Origin: Macrostomum lignano
Lineage: Eukaryota
Direction of reading: 5' to 3'
DNA: 64,000 nucleotides
Assembly: GCA_002269645.1 (NCBI GenBank)
Contig: NIVC01000052.1
Location: 434,001-498,000 of the forward strand
Shown: piece after piece, positions 1 to 15,477 of the stretch
Layout of the letters: each line of letters begins with the position of its first letter
Numbering within the stretch: the stretch's first letter is position 1
Made by a program: the position numbers and the translations under genes
The notes under the pieces: generated by a model
The model's input: the letters and a program-made list of their open reading frames with translations, nothing else
Databases searched by the model: none
What the model was told of the DNA's origin: nothing

Positions 1-3000
<3,000 letters not shown>

Positions 3001-3039
3001 CTGGATGAGAGAGCAGGTGCTGGGGTTAGCCTGGGTGTT

Positions 3040-3558
3040 TCTGTCTCAGTGTCTTGTCTGCCTGTCTTGTCTGTCTTAGTGTCTTTGTCTGCCTGTCTTG
3101 TCTGTCTTAGTGTCTTTGTCTGCCTGTCTTGTCTGTCTTAGTGTCTTTGTCTGCCTGTCTTGTCTGTCTTAGTGTCTTTGTCTGCCTGTCTTGTCTGTCT
3201 TAGTGTCTTTGTCTGCCTGTCTTGTCTGTCTCAGTGTCTTTGTCTGCCTGTCTTGTCTGTCTCAGTGTCTTTGTCTGCCTGTCTTGTCTGTCTCAGTGTC
3301 TTTGTCTGCCTGTCTTGTCTGTCTTAGTGGCTGTCAGCCTGTCTTGTCTGTCTTAGTATCTGCCTTAGTTTCTGTCTTAGTGTCTGTCTTAGTATCTGTC
3401 TTAGCGTCTGCCTTAGTGTCTGTCTTAGTATCTATCTGTCTTAGTGTCTGTCTGTCTGTCTGTCTGTCTTAGCGTCTGTCTTAGCGTCTGCCTTAGTGTC
3501 TGTCTTAGTATCTATGTCTTAGTGTCTGTCTTAGTGTCTGTCTTAGTGTCCGTCTTAG

Positions 3559-3614
<56 letters not shown>

Positions 3615-3625
3615 AGCCTATCTAT
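3040..3625. repeat. TGTC-derived composite repeat (31-bp unit, 12-bp unit, then (TGTC)n)
   Basis: Visible periodicity; same TTAGTGTCTGTC variants as the reverse complement of 54641-56345. Confidence 0.9.
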
Positions 3626-4710
3626 CTAGCATTCTGAGGGATAGGGATCTGGTCTAGAGCAAAAATGGATAATACAGTAAGTGTACCGGACAAGCATGAA
3701 CTATACTAAAGCCAACTTACTGGATCATATCCCTACAGCTGGAACTATGGTAACAGTTCGGCCTAAATTCCTAACAACTGAGCAGTCAAAATAAAATGAA
3801 GAAACACAGAAAACCAGCAACCAGCAATTCCGCTAAGTTGGCAAAAGACTGCACCATTTTTACACTAGATGGCAAGGCTTCGGAAAAAAGAATTTCTGAC
3901 TCCACAAAATTGGAGAAAGCCGTAAAAAACAGATGAAGCATAGCAGCTGCACAGACAAAACCGATTGAGATCATAATATAGGCCAATACACTGAAGATGA
4001 TAATCGGGCTATTTAACAGTAGAACTACTAAGGGGGAATTCCCCCTGACAATTTTTTGCTGATAAACAAAACTCCAGAACACGAGCTAACTCTCAAACAA
4101 GAATCAAGTCGCCAGCCCTCCGAACCGTCGATATATTCAACCATTCTGCCAGAAGGTCTGATTTTTTCCATAAGCGCAAACTGTATTCAGTACACCCCTG
4201 TGCGCCAATCAGCACTGCGTTTCGGTGCCGGCTTGCTAAGCCTCCAAATCTCATCATCACGTTGACCACATGTCTGCATCAGCACTGACTTCGTTGGTCA
4301 CTACACCCAGGCGGAGCACCTGGACCTTCAACAGGTGGCACCAGGTGACTATGGACACCCTGATGCGAATTTCTCTAGTTTCGCTGATCAAACCTCGACA
4401 GTGGGCAAGCCTCAACTGCTGGGCATCCTCAGCTGGTCTCTCAAGCATTCCGTCACCACCCTGAAGCCGTCATCGATCCTCTGACAGAATCGTCAAATAT
4501 CTCGACGGTCCGGAGGGCCGGCGATTAAATTCTTGTTTGAGAAAGTGCGCAAACAGTCAGCCCGTGTTCTGGAGTTTCATGTTTCTGCGTTGCTCCATTC
4601 CGGCGCAGCAAAAAAAATCATGGGGGAATTCCTCCCCCCCCCCGTGGTAGTTCGACGGGCGGAAAAAGGTTCGGTATTCCTACTGTTAAAGCAAAGCTCG
4701 GGGAGGCTCG

Positions 4711-5163
4711 TCAACTCTTCAATCGCGCCAGAAACTTGTCGATAGCCGCCAGAGCTTCGGGTTCCTCCCTATAGAGACGGGTCTGCAACTCCGGGCACCC
4801 GGCAACCATGGAGGACAGGTGCTTGCCGTGCACCGGCTCTCCCTCGCTGTTCAGCCTAAACAGGCACAGCGTCGGCTTCTCCATGGCAACCGCTTGGCCA
4901 ATCTCGTAGCCAACGCCAAGAGAGGGAATGCTGACCTCGGCCACTAGGCAGTCGCACTCGGTCAGCCAGGCCATGTCCTGTCCGTAGATTTCCGTGTCCG
5001 ACTTAAACCCCATGCGTGCCAGCCGCTCAGGCTTGGCGACATGCTCAGTGAGCACACAGCCATGCTTGGACAGGTGCTGCACCAGGCTCTCGTACAGGCC
5101 GGCATCGCCTCGGCCCGCCGCTATGGAGCCAGCAAAGTAAATCTTCAGCTGCTGGCTCGACAT
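4711..5163 (-). CDS. DNPH1: 2'-deoxynucleoside 5'-phosphate N-hydrolase (RCL/DNPH1 family), intronless, 150 aa
   Basis: Family motifs KIYFAGSI, IYGQDMAWL, LVAEVSIPSLGVGYEIG (catalytic Glu) and LSSM; length typical of the family. Confidence 0.93.
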   Translation of the reverse strand: MSSQQLKIYFAGSIAAGRGDAGLYESLVQHLSKHGCVLTEHVAKPERLARMGFKSDTEIYGQDMAWLTECDCLVAEVSIPSLGVGYEIGQAVAMEKPTLCLFRLNSEGEPVHGKHLSSMVAGCPELQTRLYREEPEALAAIDKFLARLKS

Positions 5164-5231
5164 AAAATGTGCAATGGGTGACTGTCACTGGCTCATGTCT
5201 AATAGTTGAATTTTGAGGCAGTCTGGTAATG

Positions 5232-6705
5232 ATGGCATCTGCTGAGGGCATGATCAGGCATTGGTGGCATCTGCTGAGGGCATGATCAGGCATTGGTGGC
5301 ATCTGCTGAGGGCATGATCAGGCATTGGTGGCATCTGCTGAGGGCATGATCAGGCATTGGTGGCATCTGCTGAGGGCATGATCAGGCATTGGTGGCATCT
5401 GCTGAGGGCATGATCAGGCATTGGTGGCATCTGCTGAGGGCATGATCAGGCATTGGTGGCATCTGCTGAGGGCATGATCAGGCATTGGTGGCATCTGCTG
5501 AGGGCATGATCAGGCATTGGTGGCATCTGCTGAGGGCATCATGATCAGGCATTGGTGGCATCTGCTAAGGGCATGATCAGGCATTGGTGGCATCTGCTGA
5601 GGGCATGATCAGGCATTGGTGGCATCTGCTGAGGGCATGATCAGGCATTGGTGGCATCTGCTGAGGGCATGATCAGGCATTGGTGGCATCTGCTGAGGGC
5701 ATGATCAGGCATTGGTGGCATCTGCTGAGGGCATGATCAGGCATTGGTGGCATCTGCTGAGGGCATGATCAGGCATTGGTGGCATCTGCTGAGGGCATGA
5801 TCAGGCATTGGTGGCATCTGCTGAGGGCATGATCAGGCATTGGTGGCATCTGCTGAGGGCATCATGATCCGGCATTGGTGGCATCTGCTGAGGGCATGAT
5901 CAGGCATTGGTGGCATCTGCTGAGGGCATCATGATCCGGCATTGGTGGCATCTGCTGAGGGCATGATCAGGCATTGGTGGCATCTGCTGAGGGCATGATC
6001 AGGCATTGGTGGCATCTGCTGAGGGCATGATCAGGCATTGGTGGCATCTGCTGAGGGCATGATCAGGCATTGGTGGCATCTGCTGAGGGCATGATCAGGC
6101 ATTGGTGGCATCTGCTGAGGGCATGATCAGGCATTGGTGGCATCTGCTAAGGGCATGATCAGGCATTGGTGGCATCTGCTGAGGGCATCATGATCCGGCA
6201 TTGGTGGCATCTGCTGAGGGCATGATCAGGCATTGGTGGCATCTGCTGAGGGCATGATCAGGCATTGGTGGCATCTGCTGAGGGCATGATCAGGCATTGG
6301 TGGCATCTGCTGAGGGCATGATCAGGCATTGGTGGCATCTGCTGAGGGCATGATCAGGCATTGGTGGCATCTGCTGAGGGCATGATCAGGCATTGGTGGC
6401 ATCTGCTGAGGGCATGATCAGGCATTGGTGGCATCTGCTGAGGGCATGATCAGGCATTGGTGGCATCTGCTGAGGGCATGATCAGGCATTGGTGGCATCT
6501 GCTGAGAGCATCATGATCCGGCATTGGTGGCATCTGCTGAGGGCATGATCAGGCATTGGTGGCATCTGCTGAGGGCATGATCAGGCATTGGTGGCATCTG
6601 CTGAGGGCATGATCAGGCATTGGTGGCATCTGCTGAGGGCATGATCAGGCATTGGTGGCATCTGCTAAGGGCATGATCAGGCATTGGTGGCATCTGCTGA
6701 GGGCA
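5232..6705. repeat. 32-bp minisatellite (GGGCATGATCAGGCATTGGTGGCATCTGCTGA)n upstream of DNPH1
   Basis: About 46 highly homogeneous copies with occasional CAT insertions. Confidence 0.97.
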
Positions 6706-7869
6706 TTATAAGCCCCCAACATTTGTCAAACAATCTAATTATGTCCAATGTAAAATATATATAATATATTTAAAGTCTAATATATAATACATTTAAACAA
6801 TATTATATATACACACATACATATATATATATATATTACTTTATTAGTGACAGAATACATATATAGAATATGATGCTATTATGAACATTAAAAATAAATA
6901 TATGGTGCTAGACTTTGAGTTAGCGTTAGGGGGAATTGCTAAGATTTCAAAGCTGATTGGGAGGATATTGCTACGAGGGCTGTCCAAAAAGTAGTGTTAC
7001 TTTCACTATATCTCTTGTTCTGCTGATCCAAAAAACATCATTTTGCACAGATTTAAGAATTAAAAATGGAGATGAAAAAATTATTGCCATAGATTGTTGA
7101 GGTTGTGTAACACTACCCCTGACCTTTGCGCAAGTTTCTTGCTGTAGCTCTTGAATAAAAAAGATATCAACATGATTTAAACTTTGTATTCTTTGTGACA
7201 AAATTTCCTTTCATTTGACACCATGGGCGTGAAATTTCATGGCTCTGTTGAAGAGCTACGTTAGACATTCCGGGAACTTTTGGGACACCCCTTGTATATA
7301 TCCCAATGGCCTATTCATTATTGATTAAATTTAAAAATATATAATGGCACTTTAAAAATCATTTTGACCAAACAAATTAAAATATTTTATATTTGTTAAA
7401 AATAATTATTTAAAGAGAAATACTAAATAGTTTAATTTGTAGATTATAGTTGACAAAAAAATTATGAAATTTAGGGATAAAATTTATTAGGTCTAATGAT
7501 AGAAATAATATTAGCTAGGCATAAGATAGCCCCTAGCCTGCCTACCCCTATGGCATGTTTATGCTTAAAATAATTCAGATTAGATCTAGAAACAAAAGAC
7601 TAAAAAAGCATCTTGAACATGGTCATTTAGTAGGTCACTAGCAATCTAGCGCCCCCCTTCGGGGTGGCCAATAAGCAAGGGACGAATCCTTTAAAATGAA
7701 AAAAAATTCTTAGGGAGGGGGGCTAGGAATCGAATTCTCATTTTAATTCCAGGCTTATGTACCAATAAAACATGCTTGTGCAGAATTTTATAACAGACAT
7801 TGAAATTCAACCATACTTGCCTTCTTTCAGAGCTACTTCTACCAGTATGCTTCAGTACGCTACCAGTAC

Positions 7870-8760
7870 CCTTGTAAGCCTTGACATGTCAGCAATCCCC
7901 CCCACAAGCCTTAACATATCAACTCCCCCTTGACATCTCAGCGATGCTCCCATAAGCCTTGAAATCTTAAAAAATCTGTCTACTTTCTAACCCTAACCCT
8001 AACCCTAACCCTAACCCTAACCCTAAAGCATTGAAATTTCAGTAATTCTCTCTAAGAGTCATTATAGCACTACTACAGCATTATAGCGATTCCCTGCAAG
8101 CCTCGACATCGTAGGGATTCCCAAATGAATCTCTTAACTTCGACATGAAGCTTCTTTTATTTTTTACATTACGCTTTTTCTATCAGCGATCCCTCCCGTG
8201 AGGAGCCAACAAATAATGTAATAACTTTTTTCCAATAAACTACATGTAGCTTCTGACATTAGCCTTGACATCTCATTTATTCTTGCGTGAGCCTTGACAT
8301 CTCAGCTATAGATAGATAGATAGATAGATTCCCCTCGTAAGCCTTGACATGTCAGCGATGCCCCCCATAAACCTTGAAATCTAAAAAATCCCCTGTTAAC
8401 CTTGAAACCCGATAAAATATAACCCTCAACCCAAACCTGACGTAAACCTAACTTTCACCCAACCTAAAGCCTTGAAATCACAGCAATTCTTCTTCCCTAA
8501 GCCTTGGCATTTAAGTGATTCCTTCTTTAAGAATCACAGCACTATAACGATTCCCTCCAAGCTTTGACATCGTAGCAATTCTCAAATGAATCTTTTAACT
8601 TTGACATGACTTTTATTTTATGTATACATAGTGCTCCTTTTATTTTTACATGACTCTTCTTCTATCAGCGCCCCCCCACCGTTGCAAGCCAACAAAGAAT
8701 ACAATAAAAAAACTTAAGTAAAGTACATGTACTTTGAAGTAGCTTCTGACTTTTGCTTTA
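7870..8760 (+). repeat. Diverged tandem duplication of a roughly 460-bp block
   Basis: GTAAGCCTTGACATGTCAGC at about 7874 and 8337; matching downstream segments (CAAATGAATC...AACTT[C/T]GACATGA; TTCTATCAGCG; GCCAACAAA; TAGCTTCTGAC). Confidence 0.75.
7991..8026. repeat. Interstitial telomeric repeat (CCCTAA)6
   Basis: Six perfect CCCTAA units. Confidence 0.9.
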
Positions 8761-8974
8761 ACATCTCAGAAACCCCCCTGTAATCTCAGTTATTCTCTGT
8801 GAGCCTTGACGTCTCAGTAATTCTCCCCAGCACAGCACTATAGCTTCATTTAATTTTTATATGACACCTATCATGTCTGACATGACGCTTCTTTTGATTT
8901 TTACGTTACGCTTCTTTTATTCTTCCATGATGCTTCTTAATTTTTTAAATGACACTTTCATTAGTTTTTATATG

Positions 8975-9635
8975 AGGCTTCTATGATTTTTTCATGACGC
9001 TTCTATGTTAACATGACGCTTCTATGCTTGTTTACATGACGCTTTTATGATTGTTTACATGACGCTTCTATGATTGTTTACATGACGCTTCTATGATTTT
9101 TACATGACGCTTCTATGGTTTTTACATGACGCTTCTATGATTTTTACATGACGCTTCTATGATTGTTTACATGACGCTTGTATGATTGTTTACATGACGC
9201 TTCTATGATTTTTACATGACGCTTCTATGATTGTTTACATGACGCTTGTATGATTGTTTACATGACACTTCTATGATTTTTTATGACGCTTTTATGATTT
9301 TAACATGACGCTTCTATGATTTTTTTACATGACGCTTCTATGATTGTTTACATGACGCTTGTATGATTGTTGACATGACGCTTGTATGATTGTTGACATG
9401 ACGCTTTTATGATTTTAACATGACGCTTCTATGATTGTTTACATTACGCTTCTATGATTGCTTGCATGACGCTTCTATGATTGTTTACATGACGCTTGTA
9501 TGATTGTTGACATGACGCTTTTATGATTTTAACATGACGCTTCTATGATTGTTTACATTACGCTTCTATGATTGCTTGCATGACGCTTCTATGATTTTTT
9601 ACATGACGATTCTATGATTTTTTACATGACGCTTC
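8975..9635. repeat. About 23-bp minisatellite (CATGACGCTTCTATGATTGTTTA)n
   Basis: About 28 copies, decaying towards the left. Confidence 0.92.
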
Positions 9636-9691
9636 CATAATTTTTTTTCTTGGCGTTAAAAAGCTTTAATTAAAAAAACTCTACTCTCTAA

Positions 9692-9752
9692 AAATTCGAA
9701 CCATTGTCCCTGCATTTAGCAGTTTAGTCTGTTTACTTCTAGGCTAGCTCTC
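9692..9752 (-). pseudogene. Second, more decayed copy of the tRNA-like relic
   Basis: Shares CTAGGCTAGCTCTCAT, TGCATT(T)AGCAGT and TTCGAACC with 11750-11815, in the same orientation. Confidence 0.35.
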
Positions 9753-9999
9753 ATGAATTTTAGTCATTACCCCTAAATAGAAAATATTCCCAAGACAGCA
9801 AGCATCCCCCCAGTAGCAAGCATCCCCTAATACTCCTAGCAAACATCCACCCAGATAGCAAGCATCTTGCAGATAGCAAGCATACCCCAAATAATGTAGA
9901 AGCATCCTTCCAGATAGCAAGCATCCTGCACATAGCAAGAATCCCTAAATAGCAAGCATCCATGGATAGAAATAATCCTATACATGTAGCCAAGCTTAT

Positions 10000-11695
10000 C
10001 AAGCGCAGTAATCCTTGGCTATCGAGTGCAGTAATCCTTGGTTTATTAATAGCAATAATCCATGCCTTATCGAGTGCAGTAATTCTTGGTTTGCCAAGTG
10101 CAGTAAGTAATCCTTGGTTTATTAATAGCAATAATCCATGGCTTATCGAGTGCAGTAATCCTTGGTTTATTAATAGCAATAATCCATGGCTTATCGAGTG
10201 CAGTAATCCTTGGTTTATTAATAGCAATAATCCATGGCTTATCGAGTGCAGTAATCCTTGGTTTATTAATAGCAATAATCCTTGGCTTATCGAGTGCAGT
10301 AATCCTTGGTTCGGGTTGCATTAATCCTTGGTTTATTAATAGCAATAATCCTTGGCTTATCGAGTGCAGTAATCCTTGGTTTATTAATAGCAATAATCTT
10401 TGATAAATCAAGAGCAGTAATCCTTGGTTTGCCAAGAGCAATAGTCCTTGGTTTATTGAGTGCAGTAATTCTTGGTTTATTAATAGCTATAATCCTTGGC
10501 TTATCGAGTGCAGTAATCCTTGGTTTGCCAAGTGCAGTAATCCTTGGTTTATTAATAGCAATAATCCTTGGCTTATCGAGTGCAGTAATCCTTGGTTTAT
10601 TAATAGCAATAATCCTTGGCTTATCGAGTGCAGTAATCCTTGGTTTATTAATAGCAATAATCCATGGCTTATCGAGTGCAGTAATCCTTGGTTTATTAAT
10701 AGCAATAATCCATGGCTTATCGAGTGCAGTAATCCTTGGTTTATTAATAGCAATAATCCTTGGCTTATCGAGTGCAGTAATCCTTGGTTCGGGTTGCATT
10801 AATCCTTGGTTTATTAATAGCAATAATCCTTGGCTTATCGAGTGCAGTAATCCTTGGTTTATTAATAGCAATAATCTTTGATAAATAAAGTGCAGTAATC
10901 CTTGGTTTGCCAAGAGCAATAGTCCTTGGTTTATTGAGTGCAGTAATTCTTGGTTTATTAATAGCTATAATCCTTGGCTTATCAAGTGCAGTAATCCTTG
11001 GTTTGCCAAGTGCAGTAATCCTTGGTTTATTAATAGCAATAATCCTTGGCTTATCGAGTGCAGTAATCCTTGGTTTATTAATAGCAATAATCCTTGGCTT
11101 ATCGAGTGCAGTAATCCTTGGTTTATTAATAGCAATAATCCATGGCTTATCGAGTGCAGTAATCCTTGGTTTATTAATAGCAATAATCCTTGGCTTATCG
11201 AGTGCAGTAATCCTTGGTTTGCCAAGAGCAATAGTCCTTGGCTTATCGAGTGCAGTAATCCTTGGTTTGCCAAGAGCAATAGTCCTTGGCTTATCGAGTG
11301 CAGTAATCCTTGGTTTGCCAAGAGCAATAGTCCTTGGTTTATTGAGTGCAGTAATCCTTGGTTTATTAATAGCAATAATCCATGGCTTATCGAGTGCAGT
11401 AATCCTTGGTTTGCCAAGAGCAATAGTCCTTGGCTTATCGAGTGCAGTAATCCTTGGTTTGCCAGGAGCAATAGTCCTTGGTTTATTAAGTGCAGTAATC
11501 CTTGGTTTATTAATAGCAATAGTCCTTGGTTTATTGAGTGCAGTAGTCCTTTTGTTTATTAATAGCAATAATCCTTGGCTTATCGAGTGCAGTAATCCTT
11601 GGTTTATTAATAGCAATAATCCATGGCTTATCGAGTGCAGTAATCCTTGGTTTGCCAAGAGCAATAATCCTTAGCTTATCGAGTGCAGTAATCTA
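10000..11695. repeat. 48-bp (2 x 24-bp) minisatellite (GTGCAGTAATCCTTGGTTTATTAATAGCAATAATCCTTGGCTTATCGA)n
   Basis: Alternating related 24-mers; unit length divisible by 3 explains the overlapping long ORFs. Confidence 0.95.
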
Positions 11696-11749
11696 AGTGT
11701 TTTTAAAATAAAACCTTTTAATAAAAAATTTTACACTACTACTTTTAAA

Positions 11750-11815
11750 CTACTTAGATTCGAACCTAGGTCGCTGCATTAGCAGTCTGGTCTGTTCAGC
11801 TCTAGGCTAGCTCTC
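11750..11815 (-). pseudogene. tRNA-like relic (tRNA-derived SINE head or tRNA-Ser(GCT)-like pseudogene)
   Basis: Minus strand reads GAGAGCTAGCCTAGAG (A-box-like)...GACTGCTAAT (Ser-GCT anticodon arm-like)...GGTTCGAATC (B box); stems do not close into a cloverleaf. Confidence 0.4.
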
Positions 11816-12214
11816 ATCGAAGTTATCAGTGAATTTGTACCACTTATATAATTCAACACTCACACCAAGTCAGGTAGAGTAAAAAGTCACACGAAGCAGT
11901 TATGACATAATCAATTTCTTAGGCAAGTCAGTACCAGTGTCTATGAAAGTTAAAAATATGGTTACGTAATATAAATTCAGTACTGCACTATGCTTTCACA
12001 CTCAAAGCTGTGACGCAATTCAATTGAGTGTCAAATTCAGCCAGTACACAGACGATAAATAAAGTGTATTGTGATGCAATCTATTTCAGAATCAGAATTC
12101 AACCAGTCAGTTTTTCTGCTAGCATTCTTACAATGCATTTCAAGTCGAAAGAGCTGCTTGACCTTTGCAAAAAAGCATGTTTTTCGAATATTTAATCCCT
12201 TTAGCATCGAGCAA

Positions 12215-12358
12215 TTTCTTAGCCACGATGCATGTACCATCACGGAAAAATTTCTGATCGAATGGTGCAAGTTTGAAGAAAATCGGTTGAGCCATTTTTG
12301 CTAAAATCGATCACACACACACACACATACCGACAGACCATTTTTAGTATATGGATTA
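12215..12358 (+). mobile_element. Possible 3' end of a non-autonomous Helitron/HINE-like element
   Basis: TGCAAGTTTGAAGAAAATCGGTTGAGCC, a (CA)n tract and TTTTTAGTATATGGATT resemble the ends of microsatellite-carrying rolling-circle non-autonomous elements; recognition from memory only. Confidence 0.3.
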
Positions 12359-13214
12359 ATAGACTTATAGCTATGGCTTTAGGGTATATATAGATACATA
12401 TTAGATCATATTAGATATTTTATTTTTGAGATAGGGTACTTTTCCTTTATAATAATAGTATTTTTCTTAGTATTTATGTTACAATTGTGATTCATTTTCT
12501 TAGAAACTGCAATATTCAAATTTCCACCAATAGTAATAATTTTTTTTAATGTTATGAAGTCAAATAATATTGTATGAAATGACTGTTTGTTATAAAATAT
12601 ATCTTTTAAAAGTATAAATAGAAGCCCAGAGCAGGCCAAGAAACCAACTCATTGCAAGCATTCAATTTTGCTCAGCACAGTTAATACAATTGTTCTAATA
12701 AAATTGCTAGTATTCAAGACTTATTCTTTTTATCAAGCCCTATATTGGGAATAACAAAAACTGCTAAAAGTGAGAATTGCCTTTGGGCAGTAACCTCATA
12801 GAGCATATAACTACCTCAGGGCAGGAGAATTGCCTTAGAGCAGGAGAAGCACATAAAGGCTGTGACCCTCTGATCCAGGGAACACCCAGGACTAAGAGAC
12901 AATCCCTATAAAAGTAGATAGTGAGAGAAAATAGTGCCAGTAGACTGCTCAGGCAAAGAGTACAATACATGTACAAATGCTACCAATAGACAAATAGATG
13001 CTACCAATATAGAAGTAGATAGAGAAGTAGTCACGCTACCAATAAGTAAAAGTACATGCAAGAGTACATTTATTAGTGAGGGCAATTAGTACTATTACAA
13101 CATTAGTGGCATTGATAGGATCATTCATAAAAAACAGAGGAAACCCCTGTTACAACTTTGGTATCAGAACTTTGGTAGGATTTTCATAGAGAGTCAAAAG
13201 GCCTATTACAACTT

Positions 13215-14329
13215 GCATTCCTTCGGTTTACGATCCCTGAAATTGGTGACGATCCCCATAAGAAAGATACGCAAGAGTAAGAAATTCGTGTTTTTTAATC
13301 ATTTTTTAAACCAGTACTGAAATCACTCCAAGCCTTTTTATTTTTCTGTTGTCAAACAATCGAATGCCAACCAGAATGAAACGATGCAAAGAGATCTGTT
13401 CATTTGCATACATTCATCAAATTGAAAGAGTTGCTCGTTAAAGAACTCGTTTCAGAACTGTTCCATGCAGAGGATCCTATATATCCACTTCGGTTTACAA
13501 TCATTTAAATGGCAGAAATACATGTAAATGATCATGAACCGAAGGTAGGGGGTTTTAGTGTACCATTTCACGTCTCAGAACTGTTCCATGAAGATGATCC
13601 TATATATCCACTTCAGTTTACAATCATTTAAATGGCAGAAATACATGTAAATGATTGTAAACCGAAGCTGAGGGGGGGTGGCAGCGTGCAGAGAATAATA
13701 AAACAATAATAATAATAACTAAGCAAAAAGGCCACTAAAACCATGGACACATGCATTCAAAGTGGCCTTTTAGAATTCTGCCAATATTTGCAAGTGTAAC
13801 GTCCTGTGTTCTTAAGTAGTCCTTGATAAATATATGACTACATATGTCTTCGACACCCCCCTTAGCTTTGGTTCACGATCATTTAAATTGAAGAAATACA
13901 TGTAAATGATTGTAAACCGAAGCTGAGGGGGGGGGGTGGCAGCGTGCAGAGAATAATAAAGCATCAAGTTACTTGGGAGCGCATGTTAACTCAAGATGAC
14001 ATTTCAATTGCCAACAAGCCAACAAATAAATATATGACTACATATGTCTTCGACACCCCCCTTAGCTTCGGTTCACGATCATTTAAATTGAAGAAATACA
14101 TGTAAATGATTGTGAACCGAAGTGGATATATAGGATCCTCATCATCGCAATGCCATTAAAGAAATCATTTGTCGGCTATTCCGTTCAGTTTTTTTCTAAT
14201 ATAACGAATAAGCTCAGTTTAACAATTTTTGTTTATTTCAAGCAAGCTATGATCATTTATATGAAAAATTACATGGGAATCGTGAACCGAAATGTGGGTG
14301 GAAAAATGATCGTAAACCGAAGGAATGCC
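13215..14329. mobile_element. Non-autonomous TIR DNA transposon (Mutator/Foldback-like), about 1.1 kb
   Basis: Perfect 21-bp inverted repeats GCATTCCTTCGGTTTACGATC (13215-13235 and 14308-14328); ATTACAACTT on both sides (13205-13214, 14330-14339); four internal 57-bp hairpin units related to the TIR; no coding capacity. Confidence 0.65.
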
Positions 14330-15246
14330 ATTACAACTTAGTGGCATTAGTGGAATAGCTAAAAGAGGGAAGCAAAACCCATTCATTTAAAAGTATCACA
14401 ACTTAAAATGTCACAACTTTGATGGCTAATGGTAGGATTTAATAGAGAGAAGCAAAACACCTGTAACAACTTTGATATCAGCTGGTGGGATTTTTCATAG
14501 AGAGCCAAAAGGCCTGTAGCAATTTAACAAGTGAATAAATCAACACCATCATTGTTTCTACAAAATTTACCCATCTAGACTAAAATAGTTGGATTCATAG
14601 ATTTTCACTTTGTTTAACCCACTAGAAAAAATCCAGTGACAAAATCTTCTTCTTAGCTCTACCATGAACTGAAATAAATAACTTGCTGCCTTCAGAGCAG
14701 TGCCTTGTACTTGTAGGTCGTAGAAATCCATCTGACCATCTATTCTAATTTCTAGCTTAGCTATATAAATCATGTTAGATGTTATAGAATATAGTAGAAA
14801 AGGTCGAATAATGTGCAGACTTTTAAAAACTAGGCTTTTACGTAGGAAATTAATGGCAATGGAAATTCATACATTTTAGAATGTTTAGCATCGTACACAC
14901 ACTCTCCTTTGTCATGCTCAATAAGACGAAGAACTTGAAATTTCTAAGAAGCATAAACAGGCTGGAATTTAAATCGCACCCTGATGCACTGTTGCGTGTG
15001 CTTTATAGCCTTAGCTCATAAGTAGAGTTTGAAAGATGTGAAATTTTGTGTTGATTAATTTTTTAGGCAAATGTTTCATCACAATAAATGGTATTGCTGA
15101 AGTGTTGATCAGAATGTTTTTGTTAAACATAGTAAAAATGCAACTTCCCGGATGTTTAGTCGCGGTTCTTACTTTTGTAACTAGTTTTAGTTGAATTTGG
15201 AGTTGAAGCATAAATTTACGGTTTAATGTTAAAATTTATTAGTTTG

Positions 15247-15477
15247 CAGGGACTACTCAATACTCGGGACGGGAAACGACAAAACTTGAAGGCCGATCTA
15301 TAATAACTTAGTCTTCGAAAAGCATAAGTTTGGAATCTTGGATAGGTTCTACGTGTAGTCAGTGAGCTTGTGTCTGTGGTAAAAGCCTATCGAAGTAATG
15401 CTTTTCGAGGACTAAGTTATTCATAGATAGGCCTCCAAGTTTTGTCGTTTCCCGTCCCGAGAATTGCGTAGTCCCTG
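15247..15477. mobile_element. MITE / foldback element, 231 bp
   Basis: About 80-bp imperfect inverted arms (15247-15325, 15398-15477) starting CAGGGACTAC, with a 72-bp spacer. CAGGG ends are hAT-like, but the 8-bp flanks match only 4/8. Confidence 0.7.

Noticed and set aside
4257-4490. Short GC-balanced ORFs between DNPH1 and TBCD as a possible TBCD first exon
   Set aside because: No similarity to TBCD N-termini, and no phase-0 donor with an upstream ATG that I could identify.
9760-11674. Long overlapping ORFs (KPRITALD..., LLINQGLL..., AVILGLL...)
   Set aside because: Translations of a 24/48-bp minisatellite open in several frames on both strands; no splice or domain support.
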